A DNA stretch of 64,000 bases from Betaproteobacteria bacterium (GTDB lineage Bacteria > Pseudomonadota > Gammaproteobacteria > Burkholderiales > JAEUOS01). Shown piece after piece: positions 18,265 through 27,222 of this stretch (position 1 is its first letter; each line of letters begins with the position of its first letter). Location of the stretch: the NCBI GenBank assembly GCA_028292405.1, contig JAQGMJ010000083.1:148676-212675 (forward strand), read 5' to 3'. A program made the position numbers and the translations under genes. The notes under the pieces were generated by a model. It had not been told where the DNA came from and did not search any database. It saw only the letters and a program-made list of their open reading frames with translations.

Positions 18265-18791
18265 AACCCACGCCGATTGATCTGCTGTTTGACCGCGTTG
18301 CCGCGCCCAAGGGCGCGCCATTCGAAGCCGTTCTCTACGCCGTCGATGGCGACAAGCTGTGCGCGGTGGATTTCGCCGGCTATGAAGCGCGCATGGACAA
18401 GCTGCTGAAGCGCCGTTACGGCAGCTATCGTTTCATCGAAAGCAAGAACCCGCAGGGCTTCGGCACGCGCATCGCCGCCTACCTGGCCGGCGACCTGAGT
18501 GCGATCGACGACCTGCCGGTGAGCCTTGGCGGCACCGCCTTCCAGCAAAGCGCCTGGCTGGCGCTGCGCCAGATACCCGCCGGCAAGACCGCGAGCTACG
18601 CAACGCAGGCCGCGCGCATCGGCAAGCCGGCCGCGGTACGCGCGCTGGGTGCGGCCAACGGGCAAAACCCGGTGGCCATCGTGCTGCCCTGCCACCGGGT
18701 GATCGGCAGCACTGGCGCACTCACCGGCTTTGGCGGCGGCATCGCCACCAAGGCCTGGCTGTTACGCCACGAGGGCGCGTTGCTAGCTTAG
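18261..18791 (+). CDS. ogt: Methylated-DNA--protein-cysteine methyltransferase
   Basis: ATG at 18261 overlaps the ada-alkA stop (ATGA). The active site PCHRVIG and the helix GKTASYATQAARIGKPAAVRALGAANGQNP are present. Confidence 0.9.
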   Translation: MKPTPIDLLFDRVAAPKGAPFEAVLYAVDGDKLCAVDFAGYEARMDKLLKRRYGSYRFIESKNPQGFGTRIAAYLAGDLSAIDDLPVSLGGTAFQQSAWLALRQIPAGKTASYATQAARIGKPAAVRALGAANGQNPVAIVLPCHRVIGSTGALTGFGGGIATKAWLLRHEGALLA

Positions 18792-18811
18792 GCTGCAAGC
18801 GCGGCGCACGC

Positions 18812-19732
18812 TCAGACGTAGGTCAGCCAGGATGAGCGCAGCGCGTCCTCGCCGTGCACGCAGTTGAAAAACTTCTCCTGCATCATCTGCGTGATCGGCC
18901 CGGGCTTGCCGGTGCCGATGCGCCGCCGGTCGACCTCGATGATCGGCGTCACCTCTGCCGCCGTGCCGGTGAAAAAGGCCTCGTCGGCGATGTACACCTC
19001 GTCGCGCGTGACGCGCCGGGCCTCCACCGGGATGCCGGCTTCGCGCGCGAAGTCGATGATGGCGCGGCGGGTCACGCCTTCGAGGGCGGAGGCGAGTTCG
19101 GGCTCGACCAGCCTGCCGTCGCGCACCAGGAAGATGTTTTCGCCCGAGCCTTCGGCGACGAACCCGTCGGTGTCCAGCAGCAGGGCTTCATCGTAGCCGT
19201 CCTGCCGCGCTTCGCGGTTGGCCAGAATGGAGTTGGCGTAAGTGGAGACCGACTTGGAGCGGCACATCTGCACGTTGACATGGTGCCGCGCGAAGGAAGA
19301 GACCTTGACGCGGATGCCCTTGTCCAGCGCGGCGGCGCCGAGATAGGCGCTCCATTCCCAGGCGGCGATGGCGACGTGGGTGGAAACGCCTTCTGTGGAA
19401 ATGCCCAGGCGCTCCGAACCCATGAACACCAGCGGGCGGATGTAAGCCTGTTTCAGCTTGTTGGCGCGCAGCACTTCGAGCTGCGCGGCCTCGAGTTGTT
19501 CCTGGCTGTAGGGCAGGTCGATACCGAGAATGTGCGCGGACTGCACCAGGCGCTTGGTGTGGTCGCCCAAGCGGAACACGGCCGGACCGCGTGAGGTGGA
19601 GTAGGCCCGCACGCCTTCGAACACACCGAGGCCGTAATGCAGGGTGTGGGTAAGCACGTGGGTGGCGCATTCGGCCCAGGGCTTGAGCGCCCCGTCAAAC
19701 CAGATCCAGCCGTCTCTTTGGCTGATGGACAT
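18812..19732 (-). CDS. ilvE: Branched-chain amino acid aminotransferase
   Basis: ATG at 19732 (MSISQRDGWIWFDG). Class IV aminotransferase motifs are present (LHYGLGVFEGVRAY, YIRPLVF, EGSGENIF, TGTAAEVTPI). Confidence 0.92.
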   Translation of the reverse strand: MSISQRDGWIWFDGALKPWAECATHVLTHTLHYGLGVFEGVRAYSTSRGPAVFRLGDHTKRLVQSAHILGIDLPYSQEQLEAAQLEVLRANKLKQAYIRPLVFMGSERLGISTEGVSTHVAIAAWEWSAYLGAAALDKGIRVKVSSFARHHVNVQMCRSKSVSTYANSILANREARQDGYDEALLLDTDGFVAEGSGENIFLVRDGRLVEPELASALEGVTRRAIIDFAREAGIPVEARRVTRDEVYIADEAFFTGTAAEVTPIIEVDRRRIGTGKPGPITQMMQEKFFNCVHGEDALRSSWLTYV

Positions 19733-20019
19733 GTTGTTTCTCCTGACTGCGTAAAGGTCCGGGCCGGACGTAGCGCAGGCCCGATCGAATAGGTGGCTGG
19801 CGCGTACGGCCGCGATGGCGGCGCCGCAAAACCAGAACGAAGACCTTTTGGGCGAGGGAGAAACCGGCGAGATGGGCCGGTGTGCTGCGGATGCGCGGTT
19901 GGCGCAGGTGAAGGATGCGCGCCGCGGGGGGCGGTGCACAAACGAATAGTTTTGCGGATCGGCTGAAACCGATTCAAGCGAGGCCGGCCGGCAGGACGAT
20001 GGCCGTCCTGTGCCCGCTG

Positions 20020-20235
20020 CTAAACGACGGGTGGCGGGACGTTGCGCTGCTTCACGTGCCACTGCCGCTTGCGGAAGTCGCCTTCGCAATCGGGATCGCA
20101 GAATTTCTGGTTCACGGCCAGGGTTTCGCCGCAATTGTGGCACTCGCCGATGGCGGGTAATTCATCTCCTTTTTTGGCGCGCATGGCGCGCTCGTGGAAC
20201 TCGATTTCGTTTTGTGCGACGTCTGCTTCATCCAT
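20020..20235 (-). CDS. Small zinc-ribbon protein (71 aa)
   Basis: ATG at 20235 (MDEADVAQNEIEF..) and a Cys cluster CHNCGETLAVNQKFCDPDC. Confidence 0.65.
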   Translation of the reverse strand: MDEADVAQNEIEFHERAMRAKKGDELPAIGECHNCGETLAVNQKFCDPDCEGDFRKRQWHVKQRNVPPPVV

Positions 20236-20353
20236 GGTGCTGTAGGGCTTCCGGTGCTTCGAAAAGGCGCGGATTCTACACGATGCACCGCCTGTACGGT
20301 GAAGTATTTGGCCTCTATATTCCAGTCGCCGCAAAGCGACTGCCGGGGAGGGC

Positions 20354-21214
20354 TTATGCAGCCTGCAGCAACCAGTCGGTAAACAGGCGTGTTAGCGGCT
20401 TTTCCGCGGCTTCCGGGGCCAAAACGATGTAATAAGCACGGTCTGGCAGCTCCAGCGTGAAAGGCTGGATCAGCGACGTGCCTTGGGCGTCGAACAGGGT
20501 CTTGGGGGTGAGCGCGACGCCGTGGCCGGCGGCTGCTGCTTCGTACATCATCATCGCGTCTTCATAGCTCGGGCCGCTGACCGGCTCCGGCCAGTTCAGG
20601 CCGGCGGCTTCGAACCAGGGTTTCCAGAACAGCAGCGGGTGGCGCAGCAGGGTGGCGCGGCGCAGGTCGGCCGGCTCCTTCAGGCCGCCGATGCTCTCCA
20701 CGTAGGCGGGGCTGGCGATGGGGAACACGGTTTCGTCGGCCAGCTTCAGCGCTTTCAGGCCGCCCCAATCTTCCGAGCCGTAGCGGATGCCCAGGTCGGC
20801 TTCGCCGCGCCTGATCACCTCGATGTCGTAGGAGGAGGAAACGGCGAGGTCGATTTCCGGGTGGGCACGCTGAAAGCTGGCCAGCTTGCCGACCAGCCAC
20901 TTCGCGCCCAGGGCGGGCGCCACCGAGATGCGCAGGGTCTTGCGCTCGCCGCCGGTGACGCGCTCGGTGGCGGCCTCCAGGCGTGCCAGGGTGTCGCGCA
21001 CGTCGGCCAGATAGCGCTCGCCGGCGCTGGTGAGCGCGATATTGCGGTTGATGCGGATGAACAGCGGCAGGCCGAGAAACTCTTCCAGCGACTTGATGCG
21101 GTGGCTTACCGCCGACTGGGTCAGGTGCAACTCTTCGGAAGCCTTGAGAAAGCTCGCCAGGCGCGCGGCTGCTTCGAAGGCGATCAGATCGTGGAGAGGC
21201 GGCAGGCGCGGCAT
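20354..21214 (-). CDS. LysR-family transcriptional regulator (GcvA-like)
   Basis: ATG at 21214. The N-terminal wHTH reads LPPLHDLIAFEAAARLASFLKASEELHLTQSAVSHRIKSLEEFLG, followed by a LysR substrate-binding body. It is divergent from the hydrolase-ligase gene. Confidence 0.9.
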   Translation of the reverse strand: MPRLPPLHDLIAFEAAARLASFLKASEELHLTQSAVSHRIKSLEEFLGLPLFIRINRNIALTSAGERYLADVRDTLARLEAATERVTGGERKTLRISVAPALGAKWLVGKLASFQRAHPEIDLAVSSSYDIEVIRRGEADLGIRYGSEDWGGLKALKLADETVFPIASPAYVESIGGLKEPADLRRATLLRHPLLFWKPWFEAAGLNWPEPVSGPSYEDAMMMYEAAAAGHGVALTPKTLFDAQGTSLIQPFTLELPDRAYYIVLAPEAAEKPLTRLFTDWLLQAA

Positions 21215-21230
21215 GCGGGCATTGTAAGGC

Positions 21231-21292
21231 ACGGCCCAATACGTTACGGCCCGATACATCATGACCCAATATGTTGGGACCCGAATACGTTT
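21231..21292. repeat. Four tandem imperfect repeats of about 15 bp in the divergent LysR promoter region
   Basis: Units are acggcccaatacgtt / acggcccgatacatc / atgacccaatatgtt / gggacccgaatacgtt, read directly from 21231-21291. Confidence 0.85.
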
Positions 21293-21335
21293 GCGCGATT
21301 GACCCGGATGCCGGTTGACGGCATCATCGGCCGCC

Positions 21336-23855
21336 ATGACCATCGATGTCGACCTGTATCGCCGCACCGTCAGCCTGCCGGCACCGCCCGGCGCCGGACC
21401 CGATGCGGAGCCGGTGCGCTTCTCGGTGATCGACGCCGGGCCGCGCGACGCCTTGCGAACGATGGTGTTCGTGCACGGCTTCGGCGGGCGGGCCGCTTAT
21501 TGGCACTACCAGCTCGACCACTTTCACTACGACAGCCGCGTGATTGCGATGGACCTGCGCGGCCACGGCTACAGCGACGCGCCGCACAGCAGCTACTCCA
21601 TAGAGGAGTTGTGCGCCGACCTGGTCGGTATCCTCGCCGAAGTTGGTGCGCCGGAAAAGTTCGTGCTGGTGGCGCATTCCTTCGGCGGCGCGCTGGCGAC
21701 TTATTTCACCGGCAAATATCCGCAGCGGGTCGAGCGCCTGGTGATCATCGGCTCGGCGGTGGAGTTTCGCCTGAAGTGGACCGGCCGCGCGGTGCTGAAA
21801 ATGCCGCCTTCGGCATTGCGCCTGATGCGCCGGGTGGTGCCGATCGCCAAGCTCTACCCGCCGGGGCATGTGGTGAGCGCGCAATATCGCCATGCGGTGG
21901 CGCCGTGGCATGGCGCGGCGTTGCTCAAGCGGTTGCACACGCCGACGCTGGTGATCCTCGGCCAGCGCGACTCGCTGTTCGAGGAAGCCTCGCAGCACGA
22001 GATCGCGCGCCTGATCCCGGAAGCGGAAGAGATCGTGATCCCGGTCTCCGCGCACCAGGTGATGGTGGAGCGGCCGGATGCGGTGAATCGGGCGATCGAG
22101 CGCTTCATCGGCCCGGCGCGCTTGGCCGAAGAACGTGCCGCGCGCCGCACCCGCGAGCGCGAGCTGGAGCGCTCGCGGCCCTGGCTCAAGTTTTACGACA
22201 GCCGCACGCCTTATGAAACGCGCCCGCCGATCGCGCCGGTGACGCGTACGCTGGAAGTGGCGGCGCGGCGCTTCGGCAAGAACGAGGCGCTGCGCTTCCA
22301 GGGCCGCGGCATGAGTTACGCGGCGCTCGACAAGCTCTCCAGCCGTTTCGCCAAGGGCCTGGCCGGGCTGGGCGTTACGCATGGCGAGCGCGTGGCGATT
22401 GTGCTGCCGAATATTCCGCAGGCGCTGATCGCCTATTACGGCGTGCTCAAGCTGGGCGCGGTGGTGGTGTTCGTCAATCCGCTGTTCTCGCGCGACGAGC
22501 TGGGCTTGCGCATTCGCGATGCCGGCGCGCGGGTACTGATCGCGCTTTCCTCGTTTCGCGGCGAGGCCGATGCGATTGCCGATGCCGCCGGGCTGGACAG
22601 TGTGATCCTCACCCATATCAAGGACTACATGGGGCTGAAGGACCGGCTGCTCTACGGCCTGCTGCACCAGCAGAAGGGGGAGATCAACGCACAGGACCGG
22701 CAGCCGGCCGGCAAGCGCGCCACTATCCACCATTTCAACCGCGTGCTGACGTTGGGTAGCCGCTTCGCCGACTTGCGCGGGCCCGAAGTCGAGGACCTGG
22801 CAGTGATCGCCTACACCAGCGGCACCACAGGCGCCGTGCCGGCCGGGGTGATGCTGACGCATGCGAACCTCGCTGCCAATGCGCTGCAACTGCGCCACTG
22901 GGCGCCGGAAATGCGTGCGGGGATGGAGCGCATTCTCGCCGTGGTACCGTTTTCGCACGCTTACGGCATCACCTCCTGCGTCAACGTCGGCGCGCTGATC
23001 GGCGCCACGCTGATACTGCTGCCGCGCTTCGACCTGGCCGAGGTGTTGCGCACCATCGCGCGCGAAAAGCCTTCGATGTTCCCCGGCGTGCCGCTGATGT
23101 TCCAGAGCCTGGCGCATTTTCCCGACGTGCGCAAATATGGCATCGCCTCGATCCGCCTGTGCGTCTCTTCCGGCACGCCGCTGGCGGTGGAAGTGCAGGA
23201 AGAGTTCGAAAAGCTGACCCGCGGCCGCCTGGTCGAGGCCTATGGTTTGACCGAGGCCAGCCCGGCGACGCACTCCAACCCCTTCAGCGGCCGGCGGCGT
23301 CCCGGCGCCATCGGCCTGCCGCTGCCCGATACAGAAGCCAAGGTGGTCGACCCCGACACCGGCGTCACTTTGCCGCCGGACACGCCCGGCGAACTGGTGT
23401 TGCGCGGCCCGCAGGTGATGCGCGGCTATTGGCAGCGGCCGGAGGAGACCGCGCTGGCGCTGCGCGACGGCTGGCTTTATACCGGCGACATCGCGAAAAT
23501 GGACGAGGACGGTTTCTTCACCATCATCGATCGCAAGAAGGACATCATTTTCACCGCCGGCTACCCGGTCTATCCGCGCGACATCGAGGAGGTGCTGTAC
23601 GAGCACCCCGGCGTGTACGACGCGGCGGTGGTCGGCGTGCCGGACTGGGACGAGGCCCTGAGCATCCGTGCCTTTGTGGTCAAACGGCATCATGCGCATG
23701 TGACGGAAGCGGAGTTGATGGCGCATGCGAAAAAGCGCCTGCCGCCGTATGCGGTGCCGGCGACGCTGGAGTTTGTCGAGGCATTGCCGCGCAATGCGCT
23801 GGGGAAGGTGTTGCGGCGGGAGTTGGCGCGGCGGGAAGGCGCCCAGGCCGGTTAG
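21336..23855 (+). CDS. Fusion protein: N-terminal alpha/beta hydrolase plus C-terminal AMP-dependent acyl-CoA synthetase/ligase
   Basis: ATG at 21336; the track start at 21315 is a TTG. The hydrolase part has VFVHGFGG and the nucleophile elbow AHSFGG. The ligase part has YTSGTTG, EAYGLTE, YTGD, DRKKD and a terminal GKVLRREL. Confidence 0.85.
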   Translation: MTIDVDLYRRTVSLPAPPGAGPDAEPVRFSVIDAGPRDALRTMVFVHGFGGRAAYWHYQLDHFHYDSRVIAMDLRGHGYSDAPHSSYSIEELCADLVGILAEVGAPEKFVLVAHSFGGALATYFTGKYPQRVERLVIIGSAVEFRLKWTGRAVLKMPPSALRLMRRVVPIAKLYPPGHVVSAQYRHAVAPWHGAALLKRLHTPTLVILGQRDSLFEEASQHEIARLIPEAEEIVIPVSAHQVMVERPDAVNRAIERFIGPARLAEERAARRTRERELERSRPWLKFYDSRTPYETRPPIAPVTRTLEVAARRFGKNEALRFQGRGMSYAALDKLSSRFAKGLAGLGVTHGERVAIVLPNIPQALIAYYGVLKLGAVVVFVNPLFSRDELGLRIRDAGARVLIALSSFRGEADAIADAAGLDSVILTHIKDYMGLKDRLLYGLLHQQKGEINAQDRQPAGKRATIHHFNRVLTLGSRFADLRGPEVEDLAVIAYTSGTTGAVPAGVMLTHANLAANALQLRHWAPEMRAGMERILAVVPFSHAYGITSCVNVGALIGATLILLPRFDLAEVLRTIAREKPSMFPGVPLMFQSLAHFPDVRKYGIASIRLCVSSGTPLAVEVQEEFEKLTRGRLVEAYGLTEASPATHSNPFSGRRRPGAIGLPLPDTEAKVVDPDTGVTLPPDTPGELVLRGPQVMRGYWQRPEETALALRDGWLYTGDIAKMDEDGFFTIIDRKKDIIFTAGYPVYPRDIEEVLYEHPGVYDAAVVGVPDWDEALSIRAFVVKRHHAHVTEAELMAHAKKRLPPYAVPATLEFVEALPRNALGKVLRRELARREGAQAG

Positions 23856-26800
23856 CGAAAATCCCGCGAGGCCGGCGTTGCCAGCCAGTCGATCAGGCTG
23901 GTGTCGTCAACCACCCGCTTGGCGATCAGGTGCGCCACCTTGCCGTCGGTTTCCCATACCCCATAGACCGTCATCAGCCGGCTGAGCAGGATTTCACGGC
24001 GGAACTGCTCGATCATGCTGGGCCAGCAGACCACGTTGACGTAGCCTGTCTCATCCTCCAGGGTGACGAAGATCGTGCCTTTGGCGGTACCCGGGCGCTG
24101 GCGCCCGGTGACGATGCCGCAGGCGCGGGCCAGGCGGCCATGCGGATAGCGGCTTAATTCGGCGGCGCTCGACAGGCGGCGTTCGCGCAGTTGTGAGCGC
24201 AGCAGAGTCAGCGGGTGGCGGCGCAGGGTGAGAGAGAGCGCGGCGTAGTCCTGCTGCAGGTCTTCGTGCGCGGTGGGTGCGGCCAGTTCGGCGCGGGTCT
24301 CCGGCGTCGCCGTTTCCGGCGTGAGTGGAATCGGCGCCTCGACGCCGATCACGTCCCATACGGCGCGGCGGCGATGGCCGGAGATCGAGGCCAGCGCGTC
24401 GGCGGCGGCGAGGGCCTCGAGGTCGGAGCGATCCAGGCGCGCGCGATGGGTGAGATCGTGTACGTCGGTAAATGCGCCGGCGCGGCGCGCTTCGAGCAGG
24501 CGGTCGGCGCCGGCGGCGGAGAGGTTGGCGATCTTTTTCAGGCCCAGGCGCACGGCGGCTTGCGGGGCGCGTTGGTAGGGGCGTGGAGGCGGATAGGCGT
24601 TGACCCGCATCTCGCCCGTGCCTGCGTAGTAGTGCCCCAATTTCCTGCCCTCCGGATGATTGTCTTGCGGATGTATGTAATCTCCACGCGCCAGGCGATT
24701 CTCGAAAGCCCGTCGCCAATCGGCGCGCTGTTGCTCGCTTTGCTCCAGCCGGGCTTCGTAGTTGCTCTCATTGACATCTACTGGAAGCACCTCCACGCCG
24801 TTGCGCCGCGCGTCTTGTACTAATTGGGAAGGTGCGTAAAAACCAAGCGGCTGGCTGTTGAGCAGGGCGAGCAGAAAGATGGCCGGCTCGTGGCGCTTCA
24901 GCCAGGAAGAGACGTAGACCAGCAAGGCAAAGCTGTTGGCGTGACTTTCGGGAAAGCCGTATTCGCCGAAGCCCTGGATCTGTTTGCAAATTTGTTCGGC
25001 ATATTCGGCCGAATACTCGCGGTCTTTCATGCCGCTCTTGATCCGCGCTTCGAACTCCTCCAGCCCGCCCGTGCGCTTCCATGCCCCCATGGCGCGGCGC
25101 AGTCGGTTGGCGTCGGCATCCGTGAAGCCCGCGGCCACCATGGCGAGCTGCATTACCTGCTCCTGGAAGATCGATACGCCGAGGGTGCGCTTCAGCACAC
25201 CTTCGACTGCCGCAGAAGGATAGGTGACGGGTTCCAGTCCTTGCCTACGTCTCAGGTAAGGGTGCACCATGCCGCCCTGGATCGGCCCCGGGCGCACGAT
25301 GGCGACTTCGATCACCAGATCGTAAAACACCCGCGGCTGCAGGCGCGGCAGCATGCTCATCTGCGCGCGCGACTCGACCTGGAACACGCCGATGGTTTCC
25401 CCGGCGCACAGCATGTCGTAGACCTCGGGGTCTTCCTTGGGAATGTCGTCCATTTCGAAAAGGGCGCCGCGCGCCTCGCTGATCGCCTCCATCGCACGGC
25501 GGATCAGGGTCAGCATGCCCAGGCCGAGCACATCGACTTTCATCAGCCTCAGGGATTCGAGATCGTCCTTGTCCCACTGGATGACGGTTCGTTTCTCCAT
25601 GGTGGCGTTTTCCACCGGCACCATGGAGGACAGCTTTTTATCCGCAAGCACGAACCCGCCGGAGTGCTGCGAGAGATGGCGCGGATTTTTCATCAACTGC
25701 CGCGTCAGGTAAAGCAGTTGCGTCACCACTGGTGATTCGGTATCCAGCCCGCATTCGGCCAGGCGCTTGTCCATGGTGGAATGGCCATCCCACCAGGCCA
25801 TGTTCTTGGAGACGGCATCAAGCTGGTCGTTGGACAGCCCCAGCGCTTTTCCGACATCGCGCAATGCGCCGCGCGGGCGGTAGACGGAAACGGCGGCGGC
25901 CAGTGCGGCGCGGTGGCGGCCGTATTTTTCGTACAGGTGCTGGATCACCTCTTCGCGGCGCTCGTGCTCGAAATCGACGTCGATATCCGGCGGCTCGTCG
26001 CGGTCCTTGGAAAGGAAGCGGGCAAACATCAACTGATGGCGTGAAGGGTCGACCGCGGTGATGTGCAGGGCATAGCACACCACCGAATTGGCCGCCGAAC
26101 CGCGGCCCTGGCAAAGGATTTTTTTACTGCGCGCGAATCTAACGATGTCATGCACGGTGAGGAAATAAGCCTCGTAGCCCTTTTCCTCGATAAGCTGCAA
26201 TTCCCTTTCCATTTGCGCCAACTCTTTGGAGCCGGGGCCATCGGGATAACGATCGTTCAATCCTTCGGTGGCAAGCTTGCGCAGGTAGGAGGCGGCAGTC
26301 TCGCCCGGCGGCACCATTTCCTCAGGGTAGGTGTACTTGATTTCGCTCAGTTCAAATGAGCACATCTGGGCGATGCGTATGCTCTCTTGCAGCCACTCGC
26401 TTTTGTAGACACGCGCAAGGGAGAGGCGGTCACGCAAATGGCGCTCGCCGTTGGTCAGCAGCGCATGGCCGCAGTCAGGTACCGGAATGTTCAGGCGGAT
26501 CGCCGTCATCACATCGTGCAGGGGCTTGCGCGCACGCTCGTGCATGCGCACGTCGCCGCAGGCGACGATGGGCAGGCCGGCGCGCCGCGCGATTTCCTCG
26601 ACCGCCTGGCGGTTGGCGCGGTCGTTCGGCCCGGCGTGGAGTTCGCACGCAAGCCACATGCGGCCGGGAAAATGCCGGGCCAGGTCGATCGCATCGCGGC
26701 TCAAGGCGGCGATACGCGCTTCTTCCGCCGGTGCGTCCTGCGCCGCGCGCACCGGCAGTTCGGGCACGTACAGGCAGATGCAGTCCGGCAGCTCGTTTCT

Positions 26801-27217
26801 CAGGTAATGACGATAGAAGAGATAGCTGCCCTTTTCCGCCTTCAGGCGCGCCCGTGTGATCAGGCCGCTAAGCAACTGGTAGCCGGTGATGGTCTGCGCC
26901 AGCAGGACGATGCGCGAACGCGGCAGGCCGGGATTTCTTTTGTGATCGCCGGTAAAGCGGAATTCGCTGCCGATGATCAGCTTGAAGGGAGCGTCCTTGA
27001 CCAGGTCATGGGCGCGCACCACACCGGCCAGGGAACATTCGTCGGTGATGGCCAGCCCTGAATAGCCAAGCTGCATGGCCTGTGTGACCAGTTCCTCGGC
27101 ATGCGATGCGCCGCGCAAAAACGAAAAATTGGAAAGGCAGTGCAATTCGTAATAGCCCGGCAGCCCGCCGCCCGGCATGGCCGTCGCGGGCGATGCTGCG
27201 GGTGTGTACGCCTGCAT
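23852..27217 (-). CDS. dnaE2: Error-prone DNA polymerase III alpha-like subunit DnaE2 (ImuC)
   Basis: PHP N-terminus YELHCLSNFSFLRGAS and a Pol III alpha body, sitting directly downstream of imuA-imuB. Start taken at ATG 27217, 5 nt after the imuB stop; 27178 is an alternative. Confidence 0.9.
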   Translation of the reverse strand: MQAYTPAASPATAMPGGGLPGYYELHCLSNFSFLRGASHAEELVTQAMQLGYSGLAITDECSLAGVVRAHDLVKDAPFKLIIGSEFRFTGDHKRNPGLPRSRIVLLAQTITGYQLLSGLITRARLKAEKGSYLFYRHYLRNELPDCICLYVPELPVRAAQDAPAEEARIAALSRDAIDLARHFPGRMWLACELHAGPNDRANRQAVEEIARRAGLPIVACGDVRMHERARKPLHDVMTAIRLNIPVPDCGHALLTNGERHLRDRLSLARVYKSEWLQESIRIAQMCSFELSEIKYTYPEEMVPPGETAASYLRKLATEGLNDRYPDGPGSKELAQMERELQLIEEKGYEAYFLTVHDIVRFARSKKILCQGRGSAANSVVCYALHITAVDPSRHQLMFARFLSKDRDEPPDIDVDFEHERREEVIQHLYEKYGRHRAALAAAVSVYRPRGALRDVGKALGLSNDQLDAVSKNMAWWDGHSTMDKRLAECGLDTESPVVTQLLYLTRQLMKNPRHLSQHSGGFVLADKKLSSMVPVENATMEKRTVIQWDKDDLESLRLMKVDVLGLGMLTLIRRAMEAISEARGALFEMDDIPKEDPEVYDMLCAGETIGVFQVESRAQMSMLPRLQPRVFYDLVIEVAIVRPGPIQGGMVHPYLRRRQGLEPVTYPSAAVEGVLKRTLGVSIFQEQVMQLAMVAAGFTDADANRLRRAMGAWKRTGGLEEFEARIKSGMKDREYSAEYAEQICKQIQGFGEYGFPESHANSFALLVYVSSWLKRHEPAIFLLALLNSQPLGFYAPSQLVQDARRNGVEVLPVDVNESNYEARLEQSEQQRADWRRAFENRLARGDYIHPQDNHPEGRKLGHYYAGTGEMRVNAYPPPRPYQRAPQAAVRLGLKKIANLSAAGADRLLEARRAGAFTDVHDLTHRARLDRSDLEALAAADALASISGHRRRAVWDVIGVEAPIPLTPETATPETRAELAAPTAHEDLQQDYAALSLTLRRHPLTLLRSQLRERRLSSAAELSRYPHGRLARACGIVTGRQRPGTAKGTIFVTLEDETGYVNVVCWPSMIEQFRREILLSRLMTVYGVWETDGKVAHLIAKRVVDDTSLIDWLATPASRDFR

Positions 27218-27222
27218 TTCGC

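Noticed and set aside
21324-23726. 800-aa minus-strand ORF
   Set aside because: It is an antisense shadow of the hydrolase-ligase fusion gene, with an Arg/His/Gly-rich translation and no motifs.
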